Assembly (NCBI GenBank): GCA_963422365.1 | Contig: OY729426.1 | Coordinates: 2,048,001 to 2,112,000, forward strand | Length of the DNA: 64,000 nucleotides | Direction of reading: 5' to 3' | From: Nitrospirales bacterium | Lineage (GTDB): Bacteria > Nitrospirota > Nitrospiria > Nitrospirales > UBA8639 | Shown here: positions 20,073 to 29,663 of the stretch, piece after piece | How the letters are laid out: each line of letters begins with the position of its first letter | Position numbering within the stretch: position 1 is the stretch's first letter | Notes under the pieces: generated by a model | The model's database searches: none | Seen by the model: only the letters and a program-made list of their open reading frames with translations | What the model was told of the DNA's origin: nothing | Made by a program: the position numbers and the translations under genes

Positions 20073-20589
20073 GGACAGACTATTCCTTACTCAGCCTCCT
20101 GATAAAAACATGTCGTTGAAGCAATTTTGGGAAATGACGTCATGAGGCAATCACCAAATAGAACGCTCTGAGACCGAATCGCTCCTCCAGCCTTGGCGCC
20201 AAGGTCGTGGCGATGAGAGCCACATCGTGGGTGAAATCGGATTAATCCGTCAGAGCAGGGAAAGGTCGGTAGAAGGGAAACCGGGACAACAAGCTTTACG
20301 GCGAGTGCTTGCTGAAAAGCGCGTATCGAAATGATGTTCGCGCTTGAGTATGGCGTCAGATATTTAGGGGGAGGGGAAAAATGATGTCACGCCGCACATC
20401 GCACGAGATGCGGATTGGGCAGGAATGGTGAATCATGATACGGTATGATTAATGGATTGTGAGAAAGATTGCAAGCCGTTTTTTTTGTCCAGTGGAACAT
20501 GAAACCGCATACCCATCGATTCATTGCAACTATGGCGAGGGCCAACGGCGTACATACGGCCGTGGCCAATCAATGGACCACCTAGAACA

Positions 20590-20879
20590 CCGTGAACCTC
20601 CAGGTCAGGCAACAAGGAATAGACAAATGGAGGTAAACCAAAGGCTAAGACACCTATTAGCATCAATCGTGACCGATTTACAACGTCGGACGACGTTCCA
20701 ATCGGAAGCTTTAGAAGGATACCCATCATGGTCAAAGCGGCGACAATGAATCCACCGTGACCGGCTCCGCGCCTCATGTTTCAGCAAACGGCTCTAAGGC
20801 CGGCATTCAGACCAAGTTGTAGCTGACAAAAGAGCAAAACCCAACGCCACACAGCAGAAAAAATTGGGATAACGGTCAT
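20590..20879 (-). pseudogene. MFS transporter, N-terminal remnant
   Basis: FFLLCGVGFCSFVSYNLV*MPALEPFAET*GA then GFIVAALTMMGILLKLPIGTSSDVVNRSRL (degenerate MFS motif A) and GVLAFGLPPFVY. Confidence 0.65.
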
Positions 20880-20891
20880 TCGTGTAAATAT

Positions 20892-22091
20892 TCACTCATT
20901 CGTTGAGAATGCTCGCTCCCACCCCGGGGGAGACAAAGGCGCGCAGTTCTGCGGCGAATTCGCGGACACCGACCGCCTCCAAGGTTTTCGAGATCTGGTA
21001 GCAGTCGGCGACGGCATGAACGACGAAAGCGCGCGACGGTTCGAGGTCCGCACAGGCGAAGTGGAATCCACGCTCGACACTGGCGGACAGCGAACGCTTG
21101 ATCTCGATCGCCCACAACGCGCCGTCGTCATGCTCGACCACTAGGTCAATTTCGGCGCCGGCGGTCGTTCCATAGAAGAACGGCGTCACCATTTGCGGCA
21201 GGACGGTCAGCCGCGTCTCGAGGACGAACCCCTCCCAGCTCCTGCCAACCCCCGGATGACCCGCAAGCTGCTCCAGCGACGCAATTCCTAACAGGGCATG
21301 CACCAAACCGCTGTCCCGCACGCACACCTTCGGCGACTTCACGAGACGCTTGCCGGTATTGATCCGGAAGGGCGATAACCGGCGCAGCAGCAGCAAGTCG
21401 GCCAACAGATCAATGTAGCGGGTCACCGATTGCGCGCCCACCTCCAGCGCCCTGGCTAGATCCAAGCATTCAGCGTCGCTCCCTGACGGTGTGCAAGCAT
21501 CGTCCACAGCCAATCCATAGTCGTAACCGGGATACGCGAACCGAATACCGCGACGTCACGCTTCAAGTAGCGTACGGATGAAGTTCTTGCGCAAGGCCAA
21601 GCTGTCCCCGGTCGCTGCCGCTGTCAAGGAACCCGCCACGCAGCCACAACCGCTCACGCGGCAGGCGTGCGTCCTCGATCTCACGTGCGGAAAAAGGCGC
21701 CATGTCGATATACGTGATGCGCCCGGCCAGCGTTTCCCCAGATTGTCGTAGCAGGTCAATCGAGGCGGAGCCCAGTACCAGGAACCGACCTTTACCTTCC
21801 CCTTGCGTCTGCCCCTGTCGAGAACGCCGTGCAGGATCTGAAACAATTCCGGCATTCAGTGGATTTCGTCGAGGATGACGAGCCGGTCTTCTCGTTGTCG
21901 AAGAACAGCACGGGTTCCGCGAGCCGGTTACGGTCGTCCCGATCTTCGAGATCAAGATAAAGCGCATCGCGCGAGCGACCGATTTCCAGCGCCAATGTCG
22001 TCTTGCCAACCTGCCGTGGCCCAACCAGGGCGACGGCGGCTTGACGGTGAAGAGCGTCTTCGACGTCGCGCGTAATGAGTCTTTTGATCAT
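20892..22091 (-). pseudogene. AAA_14 + DUF4143 ATPase, multiply frameshifted
   Basis: GPRQVGKTTL, LVILDEIH followed by TGA, FLVLGSAS, KRLVKSPK, EIDLVV...AIEIK spread over several frames; GC-richer than flanks. Confidence 0.85.
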
Positions 22092-22741
22092 TATTGTATT
22101 TTATCCATATTATGGATCTTTTGTAAGATAAATGGCCTAATGACATGCTAAGAGAACAATCAAATGCCAGACAATGATTGAGGATGAGTTACTGAAGGAG
22201 GAAATTCACGGGGAAGCGTTTTACAACAGCAACCTGTTTAAGGATCTCAAGCCGGCTGTGGAGGATCGGCAAGACAGCCCGAACGGTTTGCACGTAAGAC
22301 AACAAGGTTCTTTAGCTGTTTACGCCCACGCCAGCGATTCAGATTGCGAACTAGCCCAGGAGGCAACTGTTGTACTTTCCGGACTCCACGTACACCCTGT
22401 GTACGCTAGGGATAATAACAACACAAGAAGGAGGGCATCTATCGAGAGTAACGAAAAACGTTCGGACAGCCGCCGATACCAGAGGAAGAGAGAAAGGTTC
22501 AACACACGATGAAATCGTGCACCCTGAGACTGGCGGCGAGTCACACGCCACGCTGAGAAAGGCAAGCCACACGCCTGTGGATTTGTCAGACTCGCAGTGC
22601 CACCTACTACGACTTCAAAGAAAGCATAGCGGTATGACAACTAATGTTCACAATAATACCCCCCCCCCAGACTGCTGAGTGGAGGCGCCTGCAATGGTCA
22701 TGACTGGTTCACGCCTTTCCCCCTGTTTCATGGGAGAGGAT

Positions 22742-23462
22742 ATGAATGTTTAACCTTGCTCTCGGCGGTCTGTACACTCCTGGTCTTGCTCACCGGCTGC
22801 GTAGCCATTCACACCTCGGTGGCCAAAAAAGATCTGGATGTGCAAACCAAAATGAGTGACGCCATTTTTGTTGATCCAGTGGGGGCGGAAAAACACGTTG
22901 TCTTTATCCAGGTGCGCAACACCTCTGATAAGCAAAATTTCGACATTGAATCCTTCCTCAAAACCGCCATTGCTGCCAAGGGGTACCGCGTGACGGACGA
23001 TCCCGATACTGCGCACTTCAAACCCTTAGTGCAGATCCTAAATGCCTCGAAGAGTAGTCCGAGCGCTGCGCAAGCTGCGCTGGCCAACGGTTATGGGGGT
23101 GCCCTCGCCGGCGCCACCATTGGGGTGGGGCCGGGGGTTTATCGGCGGCGGCGTAGACGGACTCGTCGGGGGATTAGTAGACACCGTTGCCAATGCCACA
23201 GTCAAAGATGTGACCTACCTAGCGATCACCGACGTTCAACTTTCCAAAAAGACCAAACAAGGCATGACAGGGAGATGTGCCTTAGTGGGTGGCGACAGCC
23301 AAGGCGTTGGCGGTGTGAACGTGCAGACCTTTTCGGAAACCACAGATGAAAAGCGCTACCGCACCCGGTAAGCACAGCCAACAAGGTCAATCTGGAATAC
23401 AGCGAAGTAGCGCCTGAACTGAATGCTGGGCTGACGCGTTCCCTTGCCAGTGGCTGTTTTAG
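22742..23462 (+). pseudogene. traT: TraT-family complement-resistance lipoprotein, frameshifted
   Basis: Lipobox LTGC; KKDLDVQTKMSDAIFVDP, VRNTSDK, AKGYRVTDDP, ITDVQLS, STANKVNL; breaks at the 5' end, ~23130 and ~23368. Confidence 0.8.
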
Positions 23463-23571
23463 CCACTGGCGCATATACTCCAAGTTTCATGCGGGGTTTT
23501 CACCTCTCAGTAGAGGGTCGTCTCCATTGACGGCCCTCGCGCTCTGGCTGCCCGAAGACCCTCCGTGGTAT

Positions 23572-23706
23572 CCCCTCGCGGGTTTGCATCTTGCGGATCT
23601 GTATCATTTCAGGCTTTTTGAGGGCGTCCTCCAAGGCTTGTTGCTCCGCCCGGCTTTGGCCTGCCGCCATTACGCCCATGGCAGCCCGAGTGCAACCATT
23701 TATCAT
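23572..23706 (-). pseudogene. Truncated paralog of the 19471-20072 lipoprotein
   Basis: NGCTRAAMGVMAAGQS...QIRKMQTRE aligns to SGCVQAVMGAMAAAKA...QIRKMQPRE; shared cagatccgcaagatgcaa. Confidence 0.7.
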
Positions 23707-23893
23707 GACACCGGTTGTTTCATGGCGCAACCATGGGATCGGCATTGGCCGTATGCGGCCATCGACTGTGCATAGCTTCCTCTCACTCATCCAACCGGTA
23801 ACCGGCCTTGCCACCGGACGGTTGGCCTGTGGTTGACAAGTCGATTGTTTCCTGAGTCTCTTTACATTCGTGCATCGTGAGTTCGTTCAGAAA

Positions 23894-23931
23894 CGCTTGT
23901 CTCATATGTCCTGAACGAGTACCTGTCCTTG
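23894..23931 (+). repeat. 38-bp direct repeat, left copy
   Basis: cgcttgtctcatatgtcctgaacgagtacctgtccttg; 34/38 identical to 25286-25323. Confidence 0.85.
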
Positions 23932-23993
23932 AAAAGGTAAAGAAAAGGGAAGAAACTCTGTTCGAAGATGTCTTTGTTCGGAAGGGTCATAAG

Positions 23994-24311
23994 ATGCGAT
24001 GGTTAAATGTTTGGACTTGGTGGGTGTTATTGATATGTGGGTGTGCCACTTTGATTCTGCCAAACATCCCCTTCTATCAGGCAGGGATGTCTTTCAGGTA
24101 TGAATTAGGCGGAATGGCATTAGTCGTCATATACCTCTCGTTTGGATTTGGGAGCCTTGGCCTCTACGGTCTTGTGATGGCCGGACTAGGGTGGAAGCTG
24201 CCATCCCCCAGAACTTCCAAGACTCTCAAGATCGGATTGGCTGCAATCAGTTTTGCCGTGGCATTGGTGTGGTGTTACCTGACCTTCATGGACCTCACGT
24301 TAGCCCTCTAA
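23994..24311 (+). CDS. Small membrane protein (~3 TM)
   Basis: MRWLNVWTWWVLL...; hydrophobic segments; GAAGGG upstream. Confidence 0.6.
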   Translation: MRWLNVWTWWVLLICGCATLILPNIPFYQAGMSFRYELGGMALVVIYLSFGFGSLGLYGLVMAGLGWKLPSPRTSKTLKIGLAAISFAVALVWCYLTFMDLTLAL

Positions 24312-24322
24312 TATCCAGAAAC

Positions 24323-25036
24323 ATGTTTGCGATCCGACGGGTACCGACACATCAATCAGTCATAGAATCACCGGGTGATGGCTTTTTGTGCTGGAAGCAT
24401 GTTGTGCAAGCAATGGTTCTTGGTATGTCAGTGGTGGTGTTGGCGAAATGGGGAACCGGCCTTCCATCCTGGCAAGATGTGATTGCTTCGGAGAACGGAC
24501 CGGTTGAACGCATGAGTGCAGCCTTGTGGTTTATGGGGTTTTCGTGGAGTCTCGTTGCGGCCTCTGCCCAACGAGTACGAACGATGGAATGGTTGAGTGT
24601 TGCGATGTTCCTTCTGTTATTCGGCTTACGAGAATTAGATGCCCATAGGTGGAGCACAGGATGGAATCTGGATAAACTTGCGAATTATTGGAATCCACAT
24701 TTTCCCGTAGGTGAGAAAATGGTGGTGCTGGGATTGATGGTTTTGCCATGTATAGGGGTCGGAGGTCTGGTCTGTCTGAGGTTATGGCAAACGGTCAGGC
24801 AGGCATGGAGAGCCGGTGAATCCTGGGTGAACCACTTGGTGTTGGGTATGCTGCTGCTGGTTGTCTGCTTCTCTCTTGATAAAATTGGCCCCTATACTCT
24901 CCCCCTTCTGGGCGTTAGTGAGGTCGGCCAACTCTTTGCCATGGTCATCGAGGAATTCTTGGAACTCGTGCTTGCGGTATTTACTATGATATCTCTGTGG
25001 CCATACTTGCAGGAAGCATTTGGTGGTTATGAATAA
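24323..25036 (+). CDS. Polytopic membrane protein
   Basis: SENGPVE, LRELDAH and IEEFLEL motifs between about six TM helices; start inferred. Confidence 0.7.
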   Translation: MFAIRRVPTHQSVIESPGDGFLCWKHVVQAMVLGMSVVVLAKWGTGLPSWQDVIASENGPVERMSAALWFMGFSWSLVAASAQRVRTMEWLSVAMFLLLFGLRELDAHRWSTGWNLDKLANYWNPHFPVGEKMVVLGLMVLPCIGVGGLVCLRLWQTVRQAWRAGESWVNHLVLGMLLLVVCFSLDKIGPYTLPLLGVSEVGQLFAMVIEEFLELVLAVFTMISLWPYLQEAFGGYE

Positions 25037-25285
25037 TTATTGGACGAGCCGGACAGTGTGTCTTTCTGTTATCAGCGGGACACCAAATGAAGGAGGTCCT
25101 TCGACATGAAAAGCTTCTTGGCGGTCATTCAACCACAAAACGGGGCTTGCGGTGGAGCTCGACCTGCCGAATCGAGCCCTCCTGGCTTGGAAGCGGGTCG
25201 ATCGCACCGTCCCCCCCCCTCACCAGGACCTAGACACCAATCCGCCGAGTCTCTTGAACAGTGCCATCAGGGATTGGTCCCGACC

Positions 25286-25323
25286 CGCCTGTCTCAGATG
25301 TCCTGAACGAGTACCCGTCTTTG
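25286..25323 (+). repeat. 38-bp direct repeat, right copy
   Basis: cgcctgtctcagatgtcctgaacgagtacccgtctttg. Confidence 0.85.
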
Positions 25324-25349
25324 TGCTTCCAACAAGATCTTGTTACAAT
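25321..25349 (+). promoter_or_regulatory. Putative sigma70 promoter of the helicase operon
   Basis: TTGTGC-17 nt-TACAAT with TGn extension, 11 nt before ATG 25361; no SD sequence. Confidence 0.5.
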
Positions 25350-25360
25350 TTCTTCCATTC

Positions 25361-27220
25361 ATGCCGCCTGCCATTCATCCAGTCGATCTTCTCCGAGTCC
25401 TTCGACACCAACATCTGACCCCGGCCATTGTCTTTTTGACCTCTCGGCGCGCCTGTGATGAGGCCATTGAGAGCTTCGAACACCGACAGATCCCTATTCA
25501 AGCCACGCGATCCGCAGCCATCACGCAAGTCCTGGAAAAGATGATTGCCGAATATCCCAGTATCGCCAACCACCCCTTGATTCCCAGGGTTCAACGGTAC
25601 GGAGTGGCTGCCCATCATGCCGGACATCTGCCGTCCTGGAAAATTGCCGTTGAAGAACTCATGCGCAATGGGTGTTTGGATGCAGTCTTTGCAACCGCCA
25701 CGTTAGCCGCCGGCGTGGATTTTCCTGCCCGAACCGTCGTCATTACCCAGTCGAGTGTCCGCAAGGATCGCGATATCATGGAACTGACCGTGAACGAAAT
25801 CCAGCAACTTGCCGGTCGTGGCGGAAGACGAGGGAAAGATTACGTGGGCTTCGTTGTGATCACGCCATCGCCGTATATTGACATCGGCCCTATTGCGAAT
25901 GGACTCACGAATCACCCGGAGCCGATCGACAGTCAATTTCTCATCTCCTATCCCATGGTCCTGAATCTCTTGAAGGCCCATACCATCGATCACATTCAAC
26001 CGGTTTTGGAAAAGAGCTTTGCGCAATTTCAGCTCAACCAACGGGCCGATATCTATGAGACAAAGTTAGACAACGTGGAAAAGCAATTGGAGGCCTATGG
26101 CCAACGAGAATGCGCCGATTGGATTACGCAGTGGCAATCCTTTAGCCTTGCCAAAAAACGCCGCTCACACCATCACTCGAAGACACGGCAAGACCCGCCG
26201 GAAGTCTCGGCCCAATTAGCCTTCCTCACACCAGGCCGCGTGGTCGAACTATCCAAAGACCACGCCATCGTCTTGCGTCAATATCGAAGCCGCGGGCAAG
26301 GCTACGCCATGTTGACCGTGGTTCGAAGTCGCGGGCGCATTGTGGAATATCCTGCAAGCGCCGTGACCGCGGTGGTCGACGAAGTCATTGACATCGCGGA
26401 GGCCAGAAAGTTTCCATGGTGCATGCCTCATAGCCTAGATCACGCGATCGAAACATTAGAAAATTTCCCCACTCGATTACGACATCTCCCTATTCGGGTA
26501 GATCAGAACGGCACCGACAACCCGATTCTGACTGAGACGCTCAGCGACGAGTATCCCTGTCCAGCCTGTCCGGCCCGTCATGCGTGTCAAAAGGACCACC
26601 CACAAGCACTCAAGCTACGCCAGGAAAACCATCGGTTCACGAAAACCATTCATGCCTTGCGCACCGAACTCTGGCACCGCTTCCAGCAACACGTGGAAGT
26701 CTTGCAGAAATTCGGCTACCTGACTCCCACGTGTCAGCTCACCCCGGATGGCGACTGGGCACGCTTGATTCGCATCAATCATTCGTTACTCATCACAGAG
26801 TTAATCAGGATGGGGGCGTTTGAAGGGATCAACGCTTCTTTACTGACGGGAATCTTAGCGAGCATCGCGCATGACGATGATCGTCCAGCCTCCTTTCCCG
26901 GACGCAACCAGGCTCTGGCCTCAACCCTCGGACAAGTCCGGAAGGTAGCCCACTCGTTGTCCGCGTATGAAAAACCACCTCTCCTGCGGTCGGACATCGC
27001 AGCGATAGCGGAACTCTGGATCGCCGAATCCACCTTACCTTGGAACGAACTCATTCAATCGACCACCATGGCCGAAGGGGATATCTATCGACTCCTGGCT
27101 CGAAGTTTAGAATATCTCTCTCAACTGCATGGATTACAATCGACTCATCCGTGGTTGGCCAATATCGCGAGGAACGCGATGGATCTCATGCGCCGAGACG
27201 TGCTGCAAGAATTGCCATGA
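25361..27220 (+). CDS. Ski2/HelY-like SF2 helicase, C-terminal half (RecA2, insertion, DSHCT-like)
   Basis: PAIVFLTSRRAC, GVAAHHAGHLP, FATATLAAGVDFPARTVV, QQLAGRGGRRGKD, CPACPARHAC, MAEGDIYR; no Walker A or B. Confidence 0.88.
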   Translation: MPPAIHPVDLLRVLRHQHLTPAIVFLTSRRACDEAIESFEHRQIPIQATRSAAITQVLEKMIAEYPSIANHPLIPRVQRYGVAAHHAGHLPSWKIAVEELMRNGCLDAVFATATLAAGVDFPARTVVITQSSVRKDRDIMELTVNEIQQLAGRGGRRGKDYVGFVVITPSPYIDIGPIANGLTNHPEPIDSQFLISYPMVLNLLKAHTIDHIQPVLEKSFAQFQLNQRADIYETKLDNVEKQLEAYGQRECADWITQWQSFSLAKKRRSHHHSKTRQDPPEVSAQLAFLTPGRVVELSKDHAIVLRQYRSRGQGYAMLTVVRSRGRIVEYPASAVTAVVDEVIDIAEARKFPWCMPHSLDHAIETLENFPTRLRHLPIRVDQNGTDNPILTETLSDEYPCPACPARHACQKDHPQALKLRQENHRFTKTIHALRTELWHRFQQHVEVLQKFGYLTPTCQLTPDGDWARLIRINHSLLITELIRMGAFEGINASLLTGILASIAHDDDRPASFPGRNQALASTLGQVRKVAHSLSAYEKPPLLRSDIAAIAELWIAESTLPWNELIQSTTMAEGDIYRLLARSLEYLSQLHGLQSTHPWLANIARNAMDLMRRDVLQELP

Positions 27221-28371
27221 GACCAAGTGGAAAACAACGACACCAAGGCTCGCCGCACGTCTCTAGGGGAAGAGAACGAGCCATGGAGAAAATAACTGGA
27301 CGCACTTCAAGGACGCGCATGACGAACGACGCATTAGCAAGCCAATTAGCCAACCTGTCGGTCAAACTGCTCCACCATCTGGCAAAGGGACGAGTGCCTC
27401 GACATTTTCGAATGGGGAAGGACCGAATTATTCAAACGCTCTTAGGCTTGCCCTCTGATCAGCAAGCAGAAGTTGGAACGGCCATCGAGTCTATCCTTGG
27501 CACGCCCGCACACTCTCCCAAAACGTCCGAACCGAAGCAACCACCAAAACCCGATGCACCGTCTGCATCCTCCCCACCCCAGCAACGGCACAACGCAACA
27601 TCGGAACCGGCTATCAGTACGAAGGTGCTTTTTGAAGGCATTGGCATTCCTCCGCCACAACCCTTCAAGCCTGATGAGTGGCAACAAGAAGCGATCGACT
27701 CCTTAGCGACCAATGACGTGATTTTGAGTGTACCCACTGGCAGCGGCAAAACCTACGTTGCGATAGAAGCCATGGGACGGGCCATCGATGCAGAGCAAAC
27801 AGTCATTTACACGTCACCTTTGAAGGCACTCTCAAACACAAAGCTGACGGAGTTTTCACAGATTTTTGGTGCTGACCAAGTCGGCATTCTTACAGGCGAC
27901 CGTCGTGACAATCCGCAAGCTCCCATTCTGATCATGACTACGGAGATCCTGCGGAATTTACTGTACGATGCCGCAAGCGGTGAGATCGACGTGCGGTTGG
28001 ATACATTAGGCTTGATCATTTTGGATGAATCGCAATTTCTCGCTGATCCGGAACGTGGAGTAGTCTGGGAAGAAACGATTATTTTTTGTCCTGCGCAATC
28101 TCAATTACTGCTGCTGTCAGCCTCCATCGGAAACCCTGACGAAGTCGCTGCCTGGATTAGCCGGATTCGTTCCAGATCCTGCCATCTTGTCCATCATCGA
28201 AATCGCTCCGTCCCGCTTCGCGCAGCCTACCTCGATCCCTCTGGAAAACTCGCACCCTTCTTCCGCACTCGAGACATTGCTCACGGCAAAGGCTTTGCCA
28301 TCCACTCCGAAACCAAACGCTTGTTTGCGAACTATGAAGACCGAACCCTCGGTCCGCGATACAGACGATGA
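27217..28371 (+). CDS. Ski2/HelY-like SF2 helicase, N-terminal half (RecA1 ATPase) with extra N-terminal helical domain
   Basis: PDEWQQEA, VPTGSGKT, YTSPLKALSN, TTEILRN, LDESQ, LSASIGN, RSVPL; ATGA overlap with the upstream stop. Confidence 0.88.
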   Translation: MRPSGKQRHQGSPHVSRGRERAMEKITGRTSRTRMTNDALASQLANLSVKLLHHLAKGRVPRHFRMGKDRIIQTLLGLPSDQQAEVGTAIESILGTPAHSPKTSEPKQPPKPDAPSASSPPQQRHNATSEPAISTKVLFEGIGIPPPQPFKPDEWQQEAIDSLATNDVILSVPTGSGKTYVAIEAMGRAIDAEQTVIYTSPLKALSNTKLTEFSQIFGADQVGILTGDRRDNPQAPILIMTTEILRNLLYDAASGEIDVRLDTLGLIILDESQFLADPERGVVWEETIIFCPAQSQLLLLSASIGNPDEVAAWISRIRSRSCHLVHHRNRSVPLRAAYLDPSGKLAPFFRTRDIAHGKGFAIHSETKRLFANYEDRTLGPRYRR

Positions 28372-28406
28372 AGCCCAGGGATATGAGAAAGAGGAAAAAA
28401 GACCGC

Positions 28407-28772
28407 TTAGAGTAACCGGCGAGAGGTTTTCTTGTCGGCTTCTGGATTGTTATTCGGCTGGCAGACGTCGCATTGACACATCTGACGAAGTTTACCGAAG
28501 GCATACAGCCCGGTATCATGCCCATCACTCCAAATCAGGCGTAACGCATAATGCCCCACCGGCTGGATATCCTTCAGCATGATCAGCATCGGCACATCAT
28601 CGGGTTTCAGTTTCAACTCACCGGTCCATTCATCCGTACAGGCCGCGCAGGGGCAGTGTACTCGCAGATAACGAATCGGATAGACGCCTTGGTGCCCATC
28701 ACTCCACGCGATGCCGAACACGCCCTTCTCGATCCACTTCATATCTTTAGGATGAATGGTCTCTGTCCCCAT
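28407..28772 (-). CDS. DUF971 / GBBH-like N-terminal domain protein
   Basis: WSDGH, LRVHCPCAAC, VGHYAL, WSDGHDTGLY motifs. Confidence 0.88.
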   Translation of the reverse strand: MGTETIHPKDMKWIEKGVFGIAWSDGHQGVYPIRYLRVHCPCAACTDEWTGELKLKPDDVPMLIMLKDIQPVGHYALRLIWSDGHDTGLYAFGKLRQMCQCDVCQPNNNPEADKKTSRRLL

Positions 28773-29568
28773 CTCTCGACGTTCTCACGTCTTTCTGCAT
28801 AAGCCCATACGGTACCGGTGGTTCCGCCGCTAACAAATCTTTCTCCGGCAGCCGTTTCCCCACAACGGCTCTCGCATAGGTTTCGACAATGTCTTCCACC
28901 TCTCTCCGTACCTGGCCCGTCGCCTTCAGACGCCTCGCAAGCACAAAGGGTATCCGACGGGCCTGGTGGAGAAACGCCACGCTTCCCGGAGACATCGACA
29001 AACAATAGTCCCAACTGCTTTGATCGCACAGTCGACACAGCCCTCCCCCAGCCGAAGGGGAAAACTTGGAATGCCGCTCCCCAAAATCCTGACCACAGGA
29101 GGCACAATGATCAATCTGTGGTTGAAACCCTGCTTGTCCCAAGATGTGAATCTGAAAAATTAACGTGAGTAATCCAGGATCATCCGTCTGAACTAACAAC
29201 CGCAACCCTTCCAACAGCGTATGAAAAATCGGTGGACTCGGGTCACGATCTGCTGTCACACCGTCAACAAAGGCCACCATACAAGAAGCTGCCCAGATGC
29301 AGTCTAAGTTCTCTCGCAATGCGCTAAAGAATTCAAGGCTATCAACATGACTGATCGATGCAAGGCTGTCATTGCGTTTCTCAAAGAATGTGAGATTGAC
29401 CAACGAAAACGGTTCAAGCATTCCGCCGAATCGGCTTTTCATTCGGCGCGCGCCGCGTGCGATCCCTCGAACCTTCCCAAGTCGAAGAGAAAAAAACGTG
29501 AGAATGCGGTCAGCTTCTCCCCAGCGCGTGCTTCTGAGAACGATCGCATGTGTGGTGACAAGAGCCAT
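28747..29568 (-). CDS. recO: DNA repair protein RecO
   Basis: AIVLR...GEADRIL, ARGARRMKSRFGGMLEPF, C4 zinc finger. Confidence 0.93.
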   Translation of the reverse strand: MALVTTHAIVLRSTRWGEADRILTFFSLRLGKVRGIARGARRMKSRFGGMLEPFSLVNLTFFEKRNDSLASISHVDSLEFFSALRENLDCIWAASCMVAFVDGVTADRDPSPPIFHTLLEGLRLLVQTDDPGLLTLIFQIHILGQAGFQPQIDHCASCGQDFGERHSKFSPSAGGGLCRLCDQSSWDYCLSMSPGSVAFLHQARRIPFVLARRLKATGQVRREVEDIVETYARAVVGKRLPEKDLLAAEPPVPYGLMQKDVRTSRDGDRDHSS

Positions 29569-29663
29569 ACAAAGACATGCTGAGAGCGTAGCAGGAGTTG
29601 AGGGGTCTCACCAAGAACCCGTTGCTCTCGCCCTACCTCTCCCTTCAACAGCACAGGCCAGAC

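Noticed and set aside
22174..22640. Overlapping short ORFs between the ATPase and TraT remnants
   Set aside because: Only faint lipoprotein-like fragments; not supportable as genes
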